This document shows positions 27,211 through 37,364 of a stretch of 64,000 nucleotides of DNA, in pieces (positions within the stretch are counted from its first letter, which is position 1; the number at the start of each line of letters is the position of its first letter). The stretch covers positions 313,878-377,877 of the forward strand of contig OZ247578.1 in NCBI GenBank assembly GCA_965233795.1, written 5' to 3'. Source of the stretch: an uncultured Polaribacter sp. GTDB taxonomy: Bacteria > Bacteroidota > Bacteroidia > Flavobacteriales > Flavobacteriaceae. The translations under genes and the position numbers were made by a program. The notes beneath the pieces were generated by a model. That model was given only the letters and a program-made list of their open reading frames with translations, ran no database searches and was not told the DNA's origin.

Positions 27211-27906
27211 ATGAGTAATACAGACATTAAAATTTTGTTAGTAGATGATGAGCCCGATATTCTAGAAATTGTTGGATACAATTTAAAATCGAACGGTTAT
27301 CAGGTTTTTACAGCTTCAAATGGTGTTGAAGCGGTAAAAAAAGCTAAAAAAATAAATCCTCATTTAATTTTGTTAGACATTATGATGCCAGAAATGGATG
27401 GTATCGAGGCTTGCGAAAAAATAAGAGCGATTAAAAGCTTAGAACATGTAATTATTGCTTTTTTAACAGCTCGATCAGAAGATTATTCACAAGTGGCAGG
27501 GTTTGATGTAGGTGCAGATGACTATATTACGAAGCCCGTAAAACCTAAAGTATTGGTGAGTAAAGTAAAATCTTTATTAAGAAGGTTAAAAAGCAGTAAT
27601 GAAGAAGCATCTGAGGCAACTACCACAATAGGAAATATTGTAATTAATAGAGAAGAATACGTTGTTTTTAAAGCAGGTGAAAAAATTGTTTTACCAAGAA
27701 AAGAGTTTGAATTATTATCGTTATTAACATCAAAACCCGATAAAGTTTTCAAACGAGAAATTATTCTAGACAAAGTTTGGGGAAATGAGGTGGTTGTTGG
27801 CGGACGAACCATTGATGTACATATTCGAAAGCTGAGAGAAAAAATAGGCGATCATCATTTTAAAACTGTAAAAGGAGTAGGATATAAATTTGTTTTAGAC
27901 GCTTAA
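27211..27906 (+). CDS. OmpR/PhoB-family response regulator
   Basis: 231 aa. Receiver domain (DDEPDI...LLDIMMPEMDG) plus winged-helix output (TIDVHIRKLREKI...VKGVGYKF). Confidence 0.93.
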   Translation: MSNTDIKILLVDDEPDILEIVGYNLKSNGYQVFTASNGVEAVKKAKKINPHLILLDIMMPEMDGIEACEKIRAIKSLEHVIIAFLTARSEDYSQVAGFDVGADDYITKPVKPKVLVSKVKSLLRRLKSSNEEASEATTTIGNIVINREEYVVFKAGEKIVLPRKEFELLSLLTSKPDKVFKREIILDKVWGNEVVVGGRTIDVHIRKLREKIGDHHFKTVKGVGYKFVLDA

Positions 27907-27924
27907 AATAACCGTATTAACTTT

Positions 27925-28965
27925 ATGAAGTTAAAAAAAACCTATTCTTACGCACTTTCATCCTCTTTTTATCTAACCATTATTGCAGTTCTAGCAATTA
28001 CTGTTTCGTATTTCCTGTTTTTTAAAACCTTAGGAGTAGGTGTTTTAGTCATTTTTACAATGGTCTTATTTTTAAGTGCCTTTTTTATTATTCAATATAG
28101 AACTGAAAAATTTATTTACAAACGTGTTAAAAAAATCTATGATGAAATTTCAATTCTTGATATCGGCGACTTTAATAAAAAAACGGTAACCACCGATATT
28201 GAAAAACTTTCTGAAAAAGTAAAAGATTTTGTAGAGGGCAAACGATTAGAAATACAATCTTTAACTGAAAGAGATTCTTTTCGTCAAGATTTTTTGGGAA
28301 ATGTAGCACATGAGTTAAAAACACCTCTTTTTACCGTACAAGGTTATATTTTAACTTTGATTGAAGGCGCTGCCGAAGACAAACAAATTAGAACAAAATA
28401 TTTAGATAGGGCTAATAAAGGAGTAGAAAGACTCACAGCAATTATAAAAGACTTAGATATGATTGCGAAACTAGAAACACATGGCATAAAAATGAATATT
28501 GAAAACTTTAATATGCTTGAATTGATTCAGAATGTGTTTGATTTGTTTGAAATGAGGGCTAAAAAAAGAAATATTACACTGCAATTTGATCGTATTTATG
28601 AGTTTCCTGTTTTTGTAAAAGGAGACATAGAAAAAATAGAACAAGTACTTATTAATTTAGTGGTAAACTCTATAAAATATGGTAAGCCCAATGGAATAAC
28701 TACAGTAGGAATAGATACCTATGACCATAAAAAATTTATAGTGAAAGTAATAGATAATGGAGAAGGCATTCATCAAGAACACATTCCACGATTATTTGAA
28801 CGTTTTTATCGTGTAGATCAAAGTAGATCTAGAGATCAAGGAGGTTCTGGCTTGGGGTTATCTATTGTAAAACATATCGTAGAAGCACACAATCAAAACA
28901 TATTTTTAAAAACTGTTTTTGGTGAAGGTTCCGAATTTTCATTTACGATGGAAAAGGCGAAATAA
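27925..28965 (+). CDS. Sensor histidine kinase (HisKA + HATPase_c)
   Basis: 346 aa. Two TM helices, H-box FLGNVAHELKTP, N-box LVVNSIKY, G-boxes DNGEGI and GGSGLGLSIV. Confidence 0.9.
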   Translation: MKLKKTYSYALSSSFYLTIIAVLAITVSYFLFFKTLGVGVLVIFTMVLFLSAFFIIQYRTEKFIYKRVKKIYDEISILDIGDFNKKTVTTDIEKLSEKVKDFVEGKRLEIQSLTERDSFRQDFLGNVAHELKTPLFTVQGYILTLIEGAAEDKQIRTKYLDRANKGVERLTAIIKDLDMIAKLETHGIKMNIENFNMLELIQNVFDLFEMRAKKRNITLQFDRIYEFPVFVKGDIEKIEQVLINLVVNSIKYGKPNGITTVGIDTYDHKKFIVKVIDNGEGIHQEHIPRLFERFYRVDQSRSRDQGGSGLGLSIVKHIVEAHNQNIFLKTVFGEGSEFSFTMEKAK

Positions 28966-29991
28966 ATCTGCGTTGAGTGCTGTTTTTTCTGCTTTCAATC
29001 CCTTGTAATTTTCAATTTCTTCTAATTTTTTTAAGGTAAAATCTTTTAAGTTCGTAAAAGGAGCTAATTGTCTTTTTTTGAGATGTTTTGCTAAATATTC
29101 TTGTTCTGTTTGATATTTTGTAGGAATAAAAAACACTTTTTTGTGCAATACAGCTACATCCATTATAGAGGAATATCCCGATCTACAAAGAACTATTTTT
29201 GAGGCATTGATGCGTTTTTCTAATTCTTTAGAAAGTAAAAAATTATAGATACAAATATTGTTTTTAAACGTTTTCTTTTGTCCGTCTTCTATTTTTCCTT
29301 GTACTAAAACAATATTTTGCGAGGTGTTTTTAAAGGTTTCTACAAGGCGATTTTCGAGTTGTGTTCGATTGGGTTCTGGACCTGATAATATGATTAATAT
29401 ATCTGTAGTGATAGGGATATTTTCTTTTTTAAACCGACTTAAAACACCGATGTATTTCTTTTTAATATGCTTGTTTTTTGTCTGTGATAATTTTCCTGAA
29501 AATTCATTATTAGGTGTATCTGGAATCCAACATTCATCAAATTTTTTGATAATAGATTGGTGAACTTTACTTGTGAAAAAAGTAGTAAAGCCTGAAAGTA
29601 CTTGTAATTGATGTGTAATGTAAACAGAAGTTACTTTTGTGCTTCGAACTCCAAAACGGTTATCGGAAATAATACCTACAATATTCTTTTCTTTTTTAAG
29701 AAAATTTGCAATTGTTTTTCTTTCTTTTTTTACTGCCGAAAAAAATTTGGGAAGTTGTAAAAACAATCGCCATTTTAAATGTTTTCCGTAAGAAATTGAG
29801 TAGGAGGGCAGTTCTAAAAAAGTTAATTCAGGAAACTCCTTTTGAAGAAAAACCAAGGCTTTTCCATCAGAAGCAATAATAGGTGTGAAATTGTTTTTTA
29901 TAAGTAAATGAACGATAGGAATACAACGAGAAGCATGTCCTAATCCCCAATTTAAAGGCGCAACAATTACTTTTTTTTCCATTATTGTCAT
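28939..29991 (-). CDS. GT-B fold glycosyltransferase (MurG/UDP-glycosyltransferase-like)
   Basis: 350 aa. N-terminal APLNWGLGHASRCIP is typical of GT28/GT1-like enzymes. The first ATG lies inside repeat 29987-30009, so the true start is probably the ATG at 29982 (MEKKVIV). Confidence 0.72.
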   Translation of the reverse strand: MTIMEKKVIVAPLNWGLGHASRCIPIVHLLIKNNFTPIIASDGKALVFLQKEFPELTFLELPSYSISYGKHLKWRLFLQLPKFFSAVKKERKTIANFLKKEKNIVGIISDNRFGVRSTKVTSVYITHQLQVLSGFTTFFTSKVHQSIIKKFDECWIPDTPNNEFSGKLSQTKNKHIKKKYIGVLSRFKKENIPITTDILIILSGPEPNRTQLENRLVETFKNTSQNIVLVQGKIEDGQKKTFKNNICIYNFLLSKELEKRINASKIVLCRSGYSSIMDVAVLHKKVFFIPTKYQTEQEYLAKHLKKRQLAPFTNLKDFTLKKLEEIENYKGLKAEKTALNADLFRLFHRK

Positions 29992-30009
29992 TCCTGTGAA
30001 ACAGGAATC
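29987..30009. repeat. Family A hairpin repeat GTCATTCCTGTGAAACAGGAATC
   Basis: Stem ATTCCTGT/ACAGGAAT, a compensated C>T / G>A change relative to the other A copies. Confidence 0.88.
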
Positions 30010-30016
30010 TCATCAT

Positions 30017-31291
30017 TTAAGTTAAATCGAAACCAATATCTTTTCGGTAATTCATTTTTTCGAACTGAATGTTTTGGATACTTTGATACGATTTTTGAAG
30101 TGCTTCTTCTATAGAATCTCCAAAAGAAGTAATGGCTAGTACTCTACCACCATTGGTTTTTACGGTGTCTCCCTCTAATTTGGTTCCTGCGTGAAATACC
30201 ATAGATGTTGTGATGTTTTCAAGTCCAGAAATGACTTTGTTTTTCTCGTAACTTTCAGGATAACCTCCGGAAACAATCATGACTGTAGTCGCTGTTTTTT
30301 CTGTGACAGCAAATGATTTCTCATGTAAGGTTTGTGTAGCTACACCTTCAAATAAATCAAATAAATCCGATTCAATTCTTGGCAATACAGCTTCCGTTTC
30401 TGGGTCGCCCATACGTACATTATATTCTACTACAGACGGATTCCCGTTATCGTTCATCAAACCAATAAAAATAAAACCTCTATAATCAGTTCCGTCTTTT
30501 CGAAGCCCTTCAATGGTAGGTTTCACTACTTGCTCTTCAACCTTTTCAATAAAATCTTTATTGGCAAAAGGTACTGGAGAAATAGCACCCATTCCGCCTG
30601 TATTTAATCCTTTATCACCTTCACCAATACGTTTGTAATCTTTTGCTGAAGGTAAAACCTTATAACTTTTACCATCTGTTAGAACAAAAACTGACAATTC
30701 AATTCCTTTTAAAAATTCTTCAATAACGACTGTTGAAGAGGCTTCGCCAAATTTCTGATGAGATACCATTTCTTCCAATGCCGTTTTGGCTTCTTCTAAA
30801 GATTCTAAAATAAGCACTCCTTTTCCTGCTGCTAGCCCGTCTGCTTTTAACACATAAGGAGCTTCTAAAGTTTCTAAAAAGGAAAAACCTTCAGTGAGGT
30901 TTTCTTTTGTAAAAGATTGATAACGAGCTGTAGGAATTCCATGTTTTTGCATAAATTGCTTCGAAAAATCTTTGCTCCCTTCTAATAAAGCGCCATCTTT
31001 TTTAGGACCAATCACTGCAATGTTTTTTAAGGCTTCGTCTGCTAAAAAGAAATCATGGATACCTGCTACTAAAGGAACTTCTGGGCCTACAACTACCATT
31101 TCTATTCTCTTTTCTAAAACAAGTGTTTTGATTGCTTTAAAGTCGGTTACATTAATAGAAACATTCGTTGCAATTGTATGAGTACCTGCATTTCCTGGTG
31201 CTACAAAAAGTTCATTTACTTTTTTACTTTGACTAAGTTTGTATGCAAAGGCATGTTCTCTTCCTCCAGAACCTATGATTAGAATATTCAT
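30017..31291 (-). CDS. purD: Phosphoribosylamine-glycine ligase PurD
   Basis: 424 aa. MNILIIGSGGREHA N-terminus, ATP-grasp motifs and full-length PurD-like sequence. Confidence 0.97.
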   Translation of the reverse strand: MNILIIGSGGREHAFAYKLSQSKKVNELFVAPGNAGTHTIATNVSINVTDFKAIKTLVLEKRIEMVVVGPEVPLVAGIHDFFLADEALKNIAVIGPKKDGALLEGSKDFSKQFMQKHGIPTARYQSFTKENLTEGFSFLETLEAPYVLKADGLAAGKGVLILESLEEAKTALEEMVSHQKFGEASSTVVIEEFLKGIELSVFVLTDGKSYKVLPSAKDYKRIGEGDKGLNTGGMGAISPVPFANKDFIEKVEEQVVKPTIEGLRKDGTDYRGFIFIGLMNDNGNPSVVEYNVRMGDPETEAVLPRIESDLFDLFEGVATQTLHEKSFAVTEKTATTVMIVSGGYPESYEKNKVISGLENITTSMVFHAGTKLEGDTVKTNGGRVLAITSFGDSIEEALQKSYQSIQNIQFEKMNYRKDIGFDLT

Positions 31292-31340
31292 GAATTATAT
31301 AAATTATTTTCGACAAAGATATTCCAATTTTTGCAGGAAA

Positions 31341-32084
31341 TTAAACTCCCCACTTTAAAAAATATTTAATAGCAGAAAAGAGATGTGTTAAGAATAAACG
31401 AACACTTTTTGAAGAGCCTTTCCTATGAATATGTACAATGCTTTCTTTAGGATAATACAATTTATTTTTACCTAAAGCATCTACTTTTTTACAAATATCA
31501 GCATCTTCCATATATAAAAAATAACGTTCGTCAAAACCTTTTAAAGTTAATAAATCTGTTGTTTTGAATAGTAAGAAACAACCATGTATAAATTCAGGAT
31601 AAAAAGAACTATTCAAATCTAAGTTTTGATATGTTCTTTGAAGAGTATATTTTTTAAAAACCCCTATTCTTCTGAATACCATACCTAAAATAGAGGGATA
31701 TTTTCTACATGTATGTTGTTGCTTTCCATCAGATAATAACACTTTTGGAGCAATTAAGGCAACTCCTGGTTCTTTTTGAAGCTGTTGAATTAAACTAGGA
31801 ATTACTGTAGGGATAAATGTGACGTCTGGATTTAAAACTAAATGAAAATCAGACTTTTGTTTAATTTTCTCTAAGATTAAATTATGTCCAGAACCAAAAC
31901 CAATATTTTTGCCTATAAAAATATAAATGATTTCTTCATGGATATATTGATTTCTTAAGTTATCATTTGGCGAGTTATCAATTAAATAAATCCGTTTTTT
32001 TATAGGAGTATTTAAAAGACTATCTATTGTTTTTTTAAGAGTGTTGTAATTTTCTTTATAAAGAACGATAGAAGCTGTGAGCAT
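31341..32084 (-). CDS. Family 2 glycosyltransferase
   Basis: 247 aa. N-terminal SIVLYKEN...IDNSPND and the later EDADICKK (DxD-like/ED) are typical of rhamnosyltransferase-like GT2 enzymes. Confidence 0.82.
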   Translation of the reverse strand: MLTASIVLYKENYNTLKKTIDSLLNTPIKKRIYLIDNSPNDNLRNQYIHEEIIYIFIGKNIGFGSGHNLILEKIKQKSDFHLVLNPDVTFIPTVIPSLIQQLQKEPGVALIAPKVLLSDGKQQHTCRKYPSILGMVFRRIGVFKKYTLQRTYQNLDLNSSFYPEFIHGCFLLFKTTDLLTLKGFDERYFLYMEDADICKKVDALGKNKLYYPKESIVHIHRKGSSKSVRLFLTHLFSAIKYFLKWGV

Positions 32085-32087
32085 TAT

Positions 32088-33461
32088 TTAATAGGCTTTT
32101 TCTTCTCCGTTTACAACATTAAAAACGGTTTGAAATATAATTTTAATGTCTAGAAAAAATGACCAGTTTTCAATATAAAAAATATCCAAACGTACTCTGT
32201 TTTTAATGTCTTTCCTTTCTTTAACTTCACCTCGGTAACCACTTACCTGTGCCAAGCCAGTAATACCTGGTTTTACTTGATGACGCTCAATATAATTATC
32301 TACTTCTTTTTGGTAATCTTTTGATAGACTTCGTAGGTGAGGTCTTGGTCCTACAACGCTCATATATCCTTGTAAAACATTTAAAAACTGAGGGAGCTCA
32401 TCAATACTTGTCTTTCTTAAAAAACCACCTAATTTAGTAACTCTTTTATCGTTTTTAGTTGCATGAATTTCAGCAGGAAAAGCATTAAATTTCATAGATC
32501 TAAACTTATAGCAAACAAATTGTTCTCCGTTAATACCCTCTCTTTTTTGTTTAAAAATTAAAGGCCCTTTAGAATCTAATTTCATTAAAACCCAAAGAAT
32601 AGGAACTAACCAAGACAAAATGAATAAACAAATTAATAATGAAAAGATAATATCAAAAATTCTTTTAGTATACTGATTCTCTAAAAAATCGAAAGGAAGT
32701 TTTTTAACATTTAATACCATTAAGGTATCATTATAGAATTCTACACTTTGATTTTTACTATATAACTCGCTAGAATTAGGAATTAATTTTATAACGATGC
32801 TTTTTTGATTTGCTAACTTTTTAATTTGTTTAACTTCGTCCTTATTTAAATCCACTAAAGAACAATATACTTCGTCTATTTGGTTTTCTATAATATAATC
32901 AATACTGTCATTAATCTTTCCTAAATACTCTTTCTTGCCTTCTTTAGTGTTAGAGAAAAAACCAATGTACTTATATCCTAAACTCTTTTTATTTTTAAAT
33001 AATTTAATAATGCTTTTGGATGTGTCATCTTGCCCTAAAACTACAACTGTCCTGAAGTTTTTACCTAGCGATCTATATTTTTGAAGAATATAAAAACTTA
33101 TAAATTTAAAGATACTGACGGAAATAATAATTGTGTAAAGTATTAAAGCTTGATTATTAATAACAATGCCTTCACTAAGAATACCAAAATATGTAAAGTA
33201 TCCTAAAACAAATAATAAAGATTGTTTTATGAGTAGGGTAAATATTCTAAAAACGGTTGTAAAGCGATAGGTTTTGTAAAACCCTGTTAACGCTGTTGAT
33301 ACAATCCAAAAAAAGCTAATATAGATAAGGAAAGTGGCATTTAAATAGTTGCTGTCAGGAATAAAATAAATTGTCCCTATAATTATTAAAATATCAATTA
33401 ATAATTGTAATGGTTTTATAAAGGGGGAGAATCTTTTTTTCAATCTATATCTTTTACACAA
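32088..33461 (-). CDS. Undecaprenyl-phosphate sugar phosphotransferase (WbaP/WcaJ-like priming enzyme)
   Basis: 457 aa. N-terminal TM helices; C-terminal bacterial sugar transferase domain (KRIFDIIFS..., LRKTSIDELPQFLNVLQGYMSVVGPRP, PGITGLAQV). Confidence 0.9.
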   Translation of the reverse strand: MCKRYRLKKRFSPFIKPLQLLIDILIIIGTIYFIPDSNYLNATFLIYISFFWIVSTALTGFYKTYRFTTVFRIFTLLIKQSLLFVLGYFTYFGILSEGIVINNQALILYTIIISVSIFKFISFYILQKYRSLGKNFRTVVVLGQDDTSKSIIKLFKNKKSLGYKYIGFFSNTKEGKKEYLGKINDSIDYIIENQIDEVYCSLVDLNKDEVKQIKKLANQKSIVIKLIPNSSELYSKNQSVEFYNDTLMVLNVKKLPFDFLENQYTKRIFDIIFSLLICLFILSWLVPILWVLMKLDSKGPLIFKQKREGINGEQFVCYKFRSMKFNAFPAEIHATKNDKRVTKLGGFLRKTSIDELPQFLNVLQGYMSVVGPRPHLRSLSKDYQKEVDNYIERHQVKPGITGLAQVSGYRGEVKERKDIKNRVRLDIFYIENWSFFLDIKIIFQTVFNVVNGEEKAY

Positions 33462-33473
33462 AGATAAGTTGTT

Positions 33474-34643
33474 TTAATTTAAAATTCTATCCATCATTCT
33501 GTCAAGACTAAATAATTGAGATGCAATCTTTTTTTGAATGTTTGTATTTGAGACTTTGTTAGTAATTTTCATTAATGATTTAGTAATATCTTTTTTATCC
33601 CAAGAATTAATAACTGTGGATATAGAATATTCTTTAAATAAATTTTCAATTTCGCTATTGCTATCTGTAATTACTAATATTTGACAACCTGATGCTAGTA
33701 AATTAGGTAACTTTGAAGGTAGAGATCCTTTAGAAGTATTGGGTAATTGAGGAACTATTTGAACAGTACTTCTATAGTATAATTCTTCTATATTTTTTTT
33801 AGGAACCAAACTATGAAACTTTATTTTTGCGTTTTTATTTTTACTTTTTAAAGTTTCAAAAATAGATCCTTGTGAAAAAAAATGAAATTCTGAATTTTTT
33901 ATATTCTGAGAAGCATAATTAAAGGCTTCATACAATCCACTAGGATTTTGTTTCTCGCCTAATGCTCCGGAATAAACAATATGAATATGGTTTGAATTTA
34001 AAAGTTCTTTTAAATCTTCTGTTTTATTTTTTGAAATTGTTACAAAAGGATACTGAACTTCTAATTTATTACTGTTAAGCTTATAAGTGTTTTTAGCTTC
34101 TTGTTTCATTTCTTCAGATAGAAAAATTAGTTTATTACAAGAATTAAAACATTTTCTTTCCACTTTATATATAAAGAAGCTTATCAGTTTGTTAAAAAAA
34201 CCTTTTTTATTTGACGAGTAGACTTGTTGTAAATCATGCACCATTCCTATTTTTTTAATTTGCTTTTTTAAAAATGGAAGCACTGTATAAAAGGCTAAAC
34301 TTGGCGGGAACACAGGAATGATAATGTCAATATTTTTTTGATATCTTTTTATTCTTTTTATAATGAAGAGCATATACCAAAATTCTAAAATAAATCTTCT
34401 AATAACTGTTTTATTAGAATATTTAATGTTTTTCCCTCCTCTTATAATGGTTATATTTTCTAGTTGTTCACTACTTTTTTTAGGTTTCCAATTTGGGTAG
34501 AATGGGTGCGAGCATAAAACAGTTACTTTATGACCTTTTTCGGCTAGTTTTAAAGCTAAATCAGTATTGAATTTTCCAGTTGAAATAGGTTCTGGATAAA
34601 AAAAAGGGGAAAGAATTAGAATTCTTTTTTTATCGCTATTCAT
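33474..34643 (-). CDS. GT4-family glycosyltransferase (WcaI-like)
   Basis: 389 aa. N-terminal ILILSPFFYPEPISTGKF is WcaI-like, and the C-terminus has GT-B features. Confidence 0.82.
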   Translation of the reverse strand: MNSDKKRILILSPFFYPEPISTGKFNTDLALKLAEKGHKVTVLCSHPFYPNWKPKKSSEQLENITIIRGGKNIKYSNKTVIRRFILEFWYMLFIIKRIKRYQKNIDIIIPVFPPSLAFYTVLPFLKKQIKKIGMVHDLQQVYSSNKKGFFNKLISFFIYKVERKCFNSCNKLIFLSEEMKQEAKNTYKLNSNKLEVQYPFVTISKNKTEDLKELLNSNHIHIVYSGALGEKQNPSGLYEAFNYASQNIKNSEFHFFSQGSIFETLKSKNKNAKIKFHSLVPKKNIEELYYRSTVQIVPQLPNTSKGSLPSKLPNLLASGCQILVITDSNSEIENLFKEYSISTVINSWDKKDITKSLMKITNKVSNTNIQKKIASQLFSLDRMMDRILN

Positions 34644-35214
34644 TAATTCTATCTCTTATTATTTTAGCAGGAGATCCTATGCATATTTTATTTTTTGGCA
34701 AATCTTTAAATACACTACTTCTTGCTCCTACAACAGTTCCTTTGCCAATATTAATTCCTGGTGCAATATATACATCGGTTGCAATCCAACATTCATTATG
34801 GATTGTGATTTTATTTTGATAAATTGGGAAATCTAATTTTGTATAATCGTGTGATCCTGTACAGAGGTAAGATTTTTGAGAAATTACTACATTCTGTCCT
34901 ATTTCTATTTCTCCTAAACTATACAAAGTAACATTATCGCCAACCCAACTATAATCTCCAATAGTTATTTTCCAAGGATAAGTTATGGTTACATTAGGTC
35001 TTATAATGACTTTTTTTCCAATTTTCGCACCAAATAAACGAAGTAAAAATCGTCTCCAACCATACATAAATTGTGGTGATGTTTTAAACAATATCGACTG
35101 TACAAGCCACCAAATTTGTACAATAAAAGGGTTTTTTCCTCTAAAGTTTTTTGGGAGTTTGAAGGTGTTTAGTTGTTGATACATTATATATAAAATTTTT
35201 ATATTATTTAACAA
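34636..35214 (-). CDS. Hexapeptide-repeat O-acetyltransferase (WcaF-like)
   Basis: 192 aa. WRRFLLRLFGAKIGKKVIIRP...ITYPWKITIGDYSWVGDNV...LCTGSHDY matches the WcaF pattern. Confidence 0.88.
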   Translation of the reverse strand: MLNNIKILYIMYQQLNTFKLPKNFRGKNPFIVQIWWLVQSILFKTSPQFMYGWRRFLLRLFGAKIGKKVIIRPNVTITYPWKITIGDYSWVGDNVTLYSLGEIEIGQNVVISQKSYLCTGSHDYTKLDFPIYQNKITIHNECWIATDVYIAPGINIGKGTVVGARSSVFKDLPKNKICIGSPAKIIRDRINE

Positions 35215-35224
35215 AGTTTATTTA

Positions 35225-36235
35225 TTATTTAATAAATCTTTTGAAATTTGAATAAGCATAAACTGAAGAAAAAATTATAAAACATATAAGAATATAACAA
35301 TCAACTCTACTGTAAACATCTTTTATATTGAAATTAGCTATTAAAATATATGAGCAAATTGCCAATAAAAACGGATGAAAAAGAAATATATTTAAACTAT
35401 TTCTTCCTGACCAAGCTAAAAACTTTGTAATTATATTAGATTTTTTTTCAATAAGAAATGTTAGTTTATAAATTGTTATGAATGCTATAAAAGAACTAAA
35501 AATAAAGGCTATATAATTATTAAACCTAAAAATTGACATATCTATTCTTCCGTTCCAAAGAATAATAAAACATGAAATAATTGCTAATATAAAAACATCA
35601 AAATATGTAAATTTTTTAATACTATTTTTCTCATTAAAATAATTTCCTGATATCATAAAGAAATATGCCAAAATTGATTGAGGCCACATCCAGTAGTAAT
35701 ATACTTCGCTTAAAGTTAAATATTTGTATAAGAGTAGGTTTAGTATTAGAACAATTCCTATATAATATAAAGTTACTTTTATTTTTAATAAAACTTGAAA
35801 TAAAAACCAAAAAAGTCTAGATACAAATAATGCAATTAAGAACCATAATCCTGTTCCTTTTATATCAACTCTTGTTGCAAAAATAATAGATTTCATAAAG
35901 AGTTTAAATTGTTTAATAAAATCGTAGCTATACGGATAAAGTTCTTGACTCCTAAAAAAAGTGGGTAATTGAACTAAAAATGAAGCAATAAAAACCCAAA
36001 AAATGCTAGCTAATAAGAAAGGAATTAACAATCTCTTAATTGTCTTTAAAAAAGTCATTTTATCTTTCATAAAAAAACCAGAGACAATAAAAAATAACGG
36101 CATATGAAAAGAGTAAATAAAAGTGTTTAAAAACACTTTATCTTTAATGAATAAAAACATTCCGCTATGACCTATTATTACAAGAATAATAGCAATTCCT
36201 TTTGTAATATCTACATTTAAATTTTTTGAATTCAT
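35225..36235 (-). CDS. Acyltransferase-3 family membrane O-acyltransferase
   Basis: 336 aa with ~10 TM helices. The N-terminal DITKGIAIILVIIGH motif is typical of the AT3 family. Confidence 0.83.
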   Translation of the reverse strand: MNSKNLNVDITKGIAIILVIIGHSGMFLFIKDKVFLNTFIYSFHMPLFFIVSGFFMKDKMTFLKTIKRLLIPFLLASIFWVFIASFLVQLPTFFRSQELYPYSYDFIKQFKLFMKSIIFATRVDIKGTGLWFLIALFVSRLFWFLFQVLLKIKVTLYYIGIVLILNLLLYKYLTLSEVYYYWMWPQSILAYFFMISGNYFNEKNSIKKFTYFDVFILAIISCFIILWNGRIDMSIFRFNNYIAFIFSSFIAFITIYKLTFLIEKKSNIITKFLAWSGRNSLNIFLFHPFLLAICSYILIANFNIKDVYSRVDCYILICFIIFSSVYAYSNFKRFIK

Positions 36236-36242
36236 ATATTTT

Positions 36243-37316
36243 TTACTTTTTCAAAATTTCGGCTAATTTATTAATAAAGTCTTTTGGTTTAAAATTATTT
36301 TTAGCGTAGCGAGAGTTATATAGCATCGTATCTTTAAGTTCATGTATATGCATTGCTAAATATTCTAATATTTTCGCTATTTCAATAGGAGATTTTTTAG
36401 GTACAATGAATCCATTTTTTTCTGAACAAATATCTAAAATACCTGCATGATTGGTTGTAATAATTATATTACTTGTAAGCATTGCTTCTAATAAAGCGAT
36501 AGGCTGTCCCTCCATTTTATAATAAGTTGGTAGCACAAAAATATTTCCCCAATTTAACAATTCTTTTTTTTCATTTCCTTCAACAGTACCAATGTAAGTT
36601 GTATTATTTAAATTATTTAATTTATTTTTAATTTCTTCTGAAGAGTTTTCATCAATATTCCCTGCAATTCTAGCGAAATACTTTATTTCCTTTTTCTCTA
36701 TTATTTGTAATGCATCTAAAAGTGATAGAATTCCTTTTTCTTTCATTAGATTACTTAAATAAATAATTCTTAATTCGCTAGTATTTAGGATATCCTCTTC
36801 AGAAATTAAATATTCTTGTGCAAAATTAGGCAATGAAAATATTTTTTTAGCATTTAAGAAAGGTTGAAGATTTGGTTTTAAGGAGTCTGAAAGTACAATT
36901 CCTTTCCTAAATTTAGAAATAAGAAAATGAAAAATTTTTTTTTTGATTCCTGATAATAAATGGTACTGGGTTCCTAAATAATTTCCATGAACATGAATAA
37001 TCATTTCTTTTTTTAATAACGCGCCCAAACAAATAAAAACCCCATATTTAAGCACTCCAAAAAAGGTTTGCCCTGGAGTTATATATATCGTTTGATGATA
37101 AAATATTTTATAAAATTTTAAATTTATTTTTAAATAAAACAAAAATTTCTGAAGAGAAAACTCACCAATATCTTCTTTAAAAGAAGTAAGTGAAGTGTTT
37201 ATGGTTCTCACTTTAAATAATGCATTCTTACCTAATAATTCTTTTACTACTTGATTAGCTAAAGAAACACCAGAAATGGGTTTTGGAAATGGTCCTATCA
37301 GTAAAATTTTATTCAT
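36243..37316 (-). CDS. GT4/GT1-family glycosyltransferase
   Basis: 357 aa. C-terminal FVLPTYYKMEGQPIALLEAM (E-x7-E region). Confidence 0.83.
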   Translation of the reverse strand: MNKILLIGPFPKPISGVSLANQVVKELLGKNALFKVRTINTSLTSFKEDIGEFSLQKFLFYLKINLKFYKIFYHQTIYITPGQTFFGVLKYGVFICLGALLKKEMIIHVHGNYLGTQYHLLSGIKKKIFHFLISKFRKGIVLSDSLKPNLQPFLNAKKIFSLPNFAQEYLISEEDILNTSELRIIYLSNLMKEKGILSLLDALQIIEKKEIKYFARIAGNIDENSSEEIKNKLNNLNNTTYIGTVEGNEKKELLNWGNIFVLPTYYKMEGQPIALLEAMLTSNIIITTNHAGILDICSEKNGFIVPKKSPIEIAKILEYLAMHIHELKDTMLYNSRYAKNNFKPKDFINKLAEILKK

Positions 37317-37364
37317 CTATTTTTCTATATTAGGGTAAAACTTAAGTAAGTTTTCAAAAGCATT

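Noticed and set aside
27211-28965. Assigning the two-component pair as PhoB/PhoR phosphate regulators.
   Set aside because: The domain architecture fits many OmpR-family pairs. No pst/pho genes or Pho boxes lie nearby, so only the generic family call is supportable.
31321-31341. ATTCCAATTTTTGCAGGAAAT, a possible degenerate family A hairpin between purD and the GT2 gene.
   Set aside because: Only 4-5 bp can pair and the GTCAT flank is missing. It may be a decayed copy, but this cannot be distinguished from chance.
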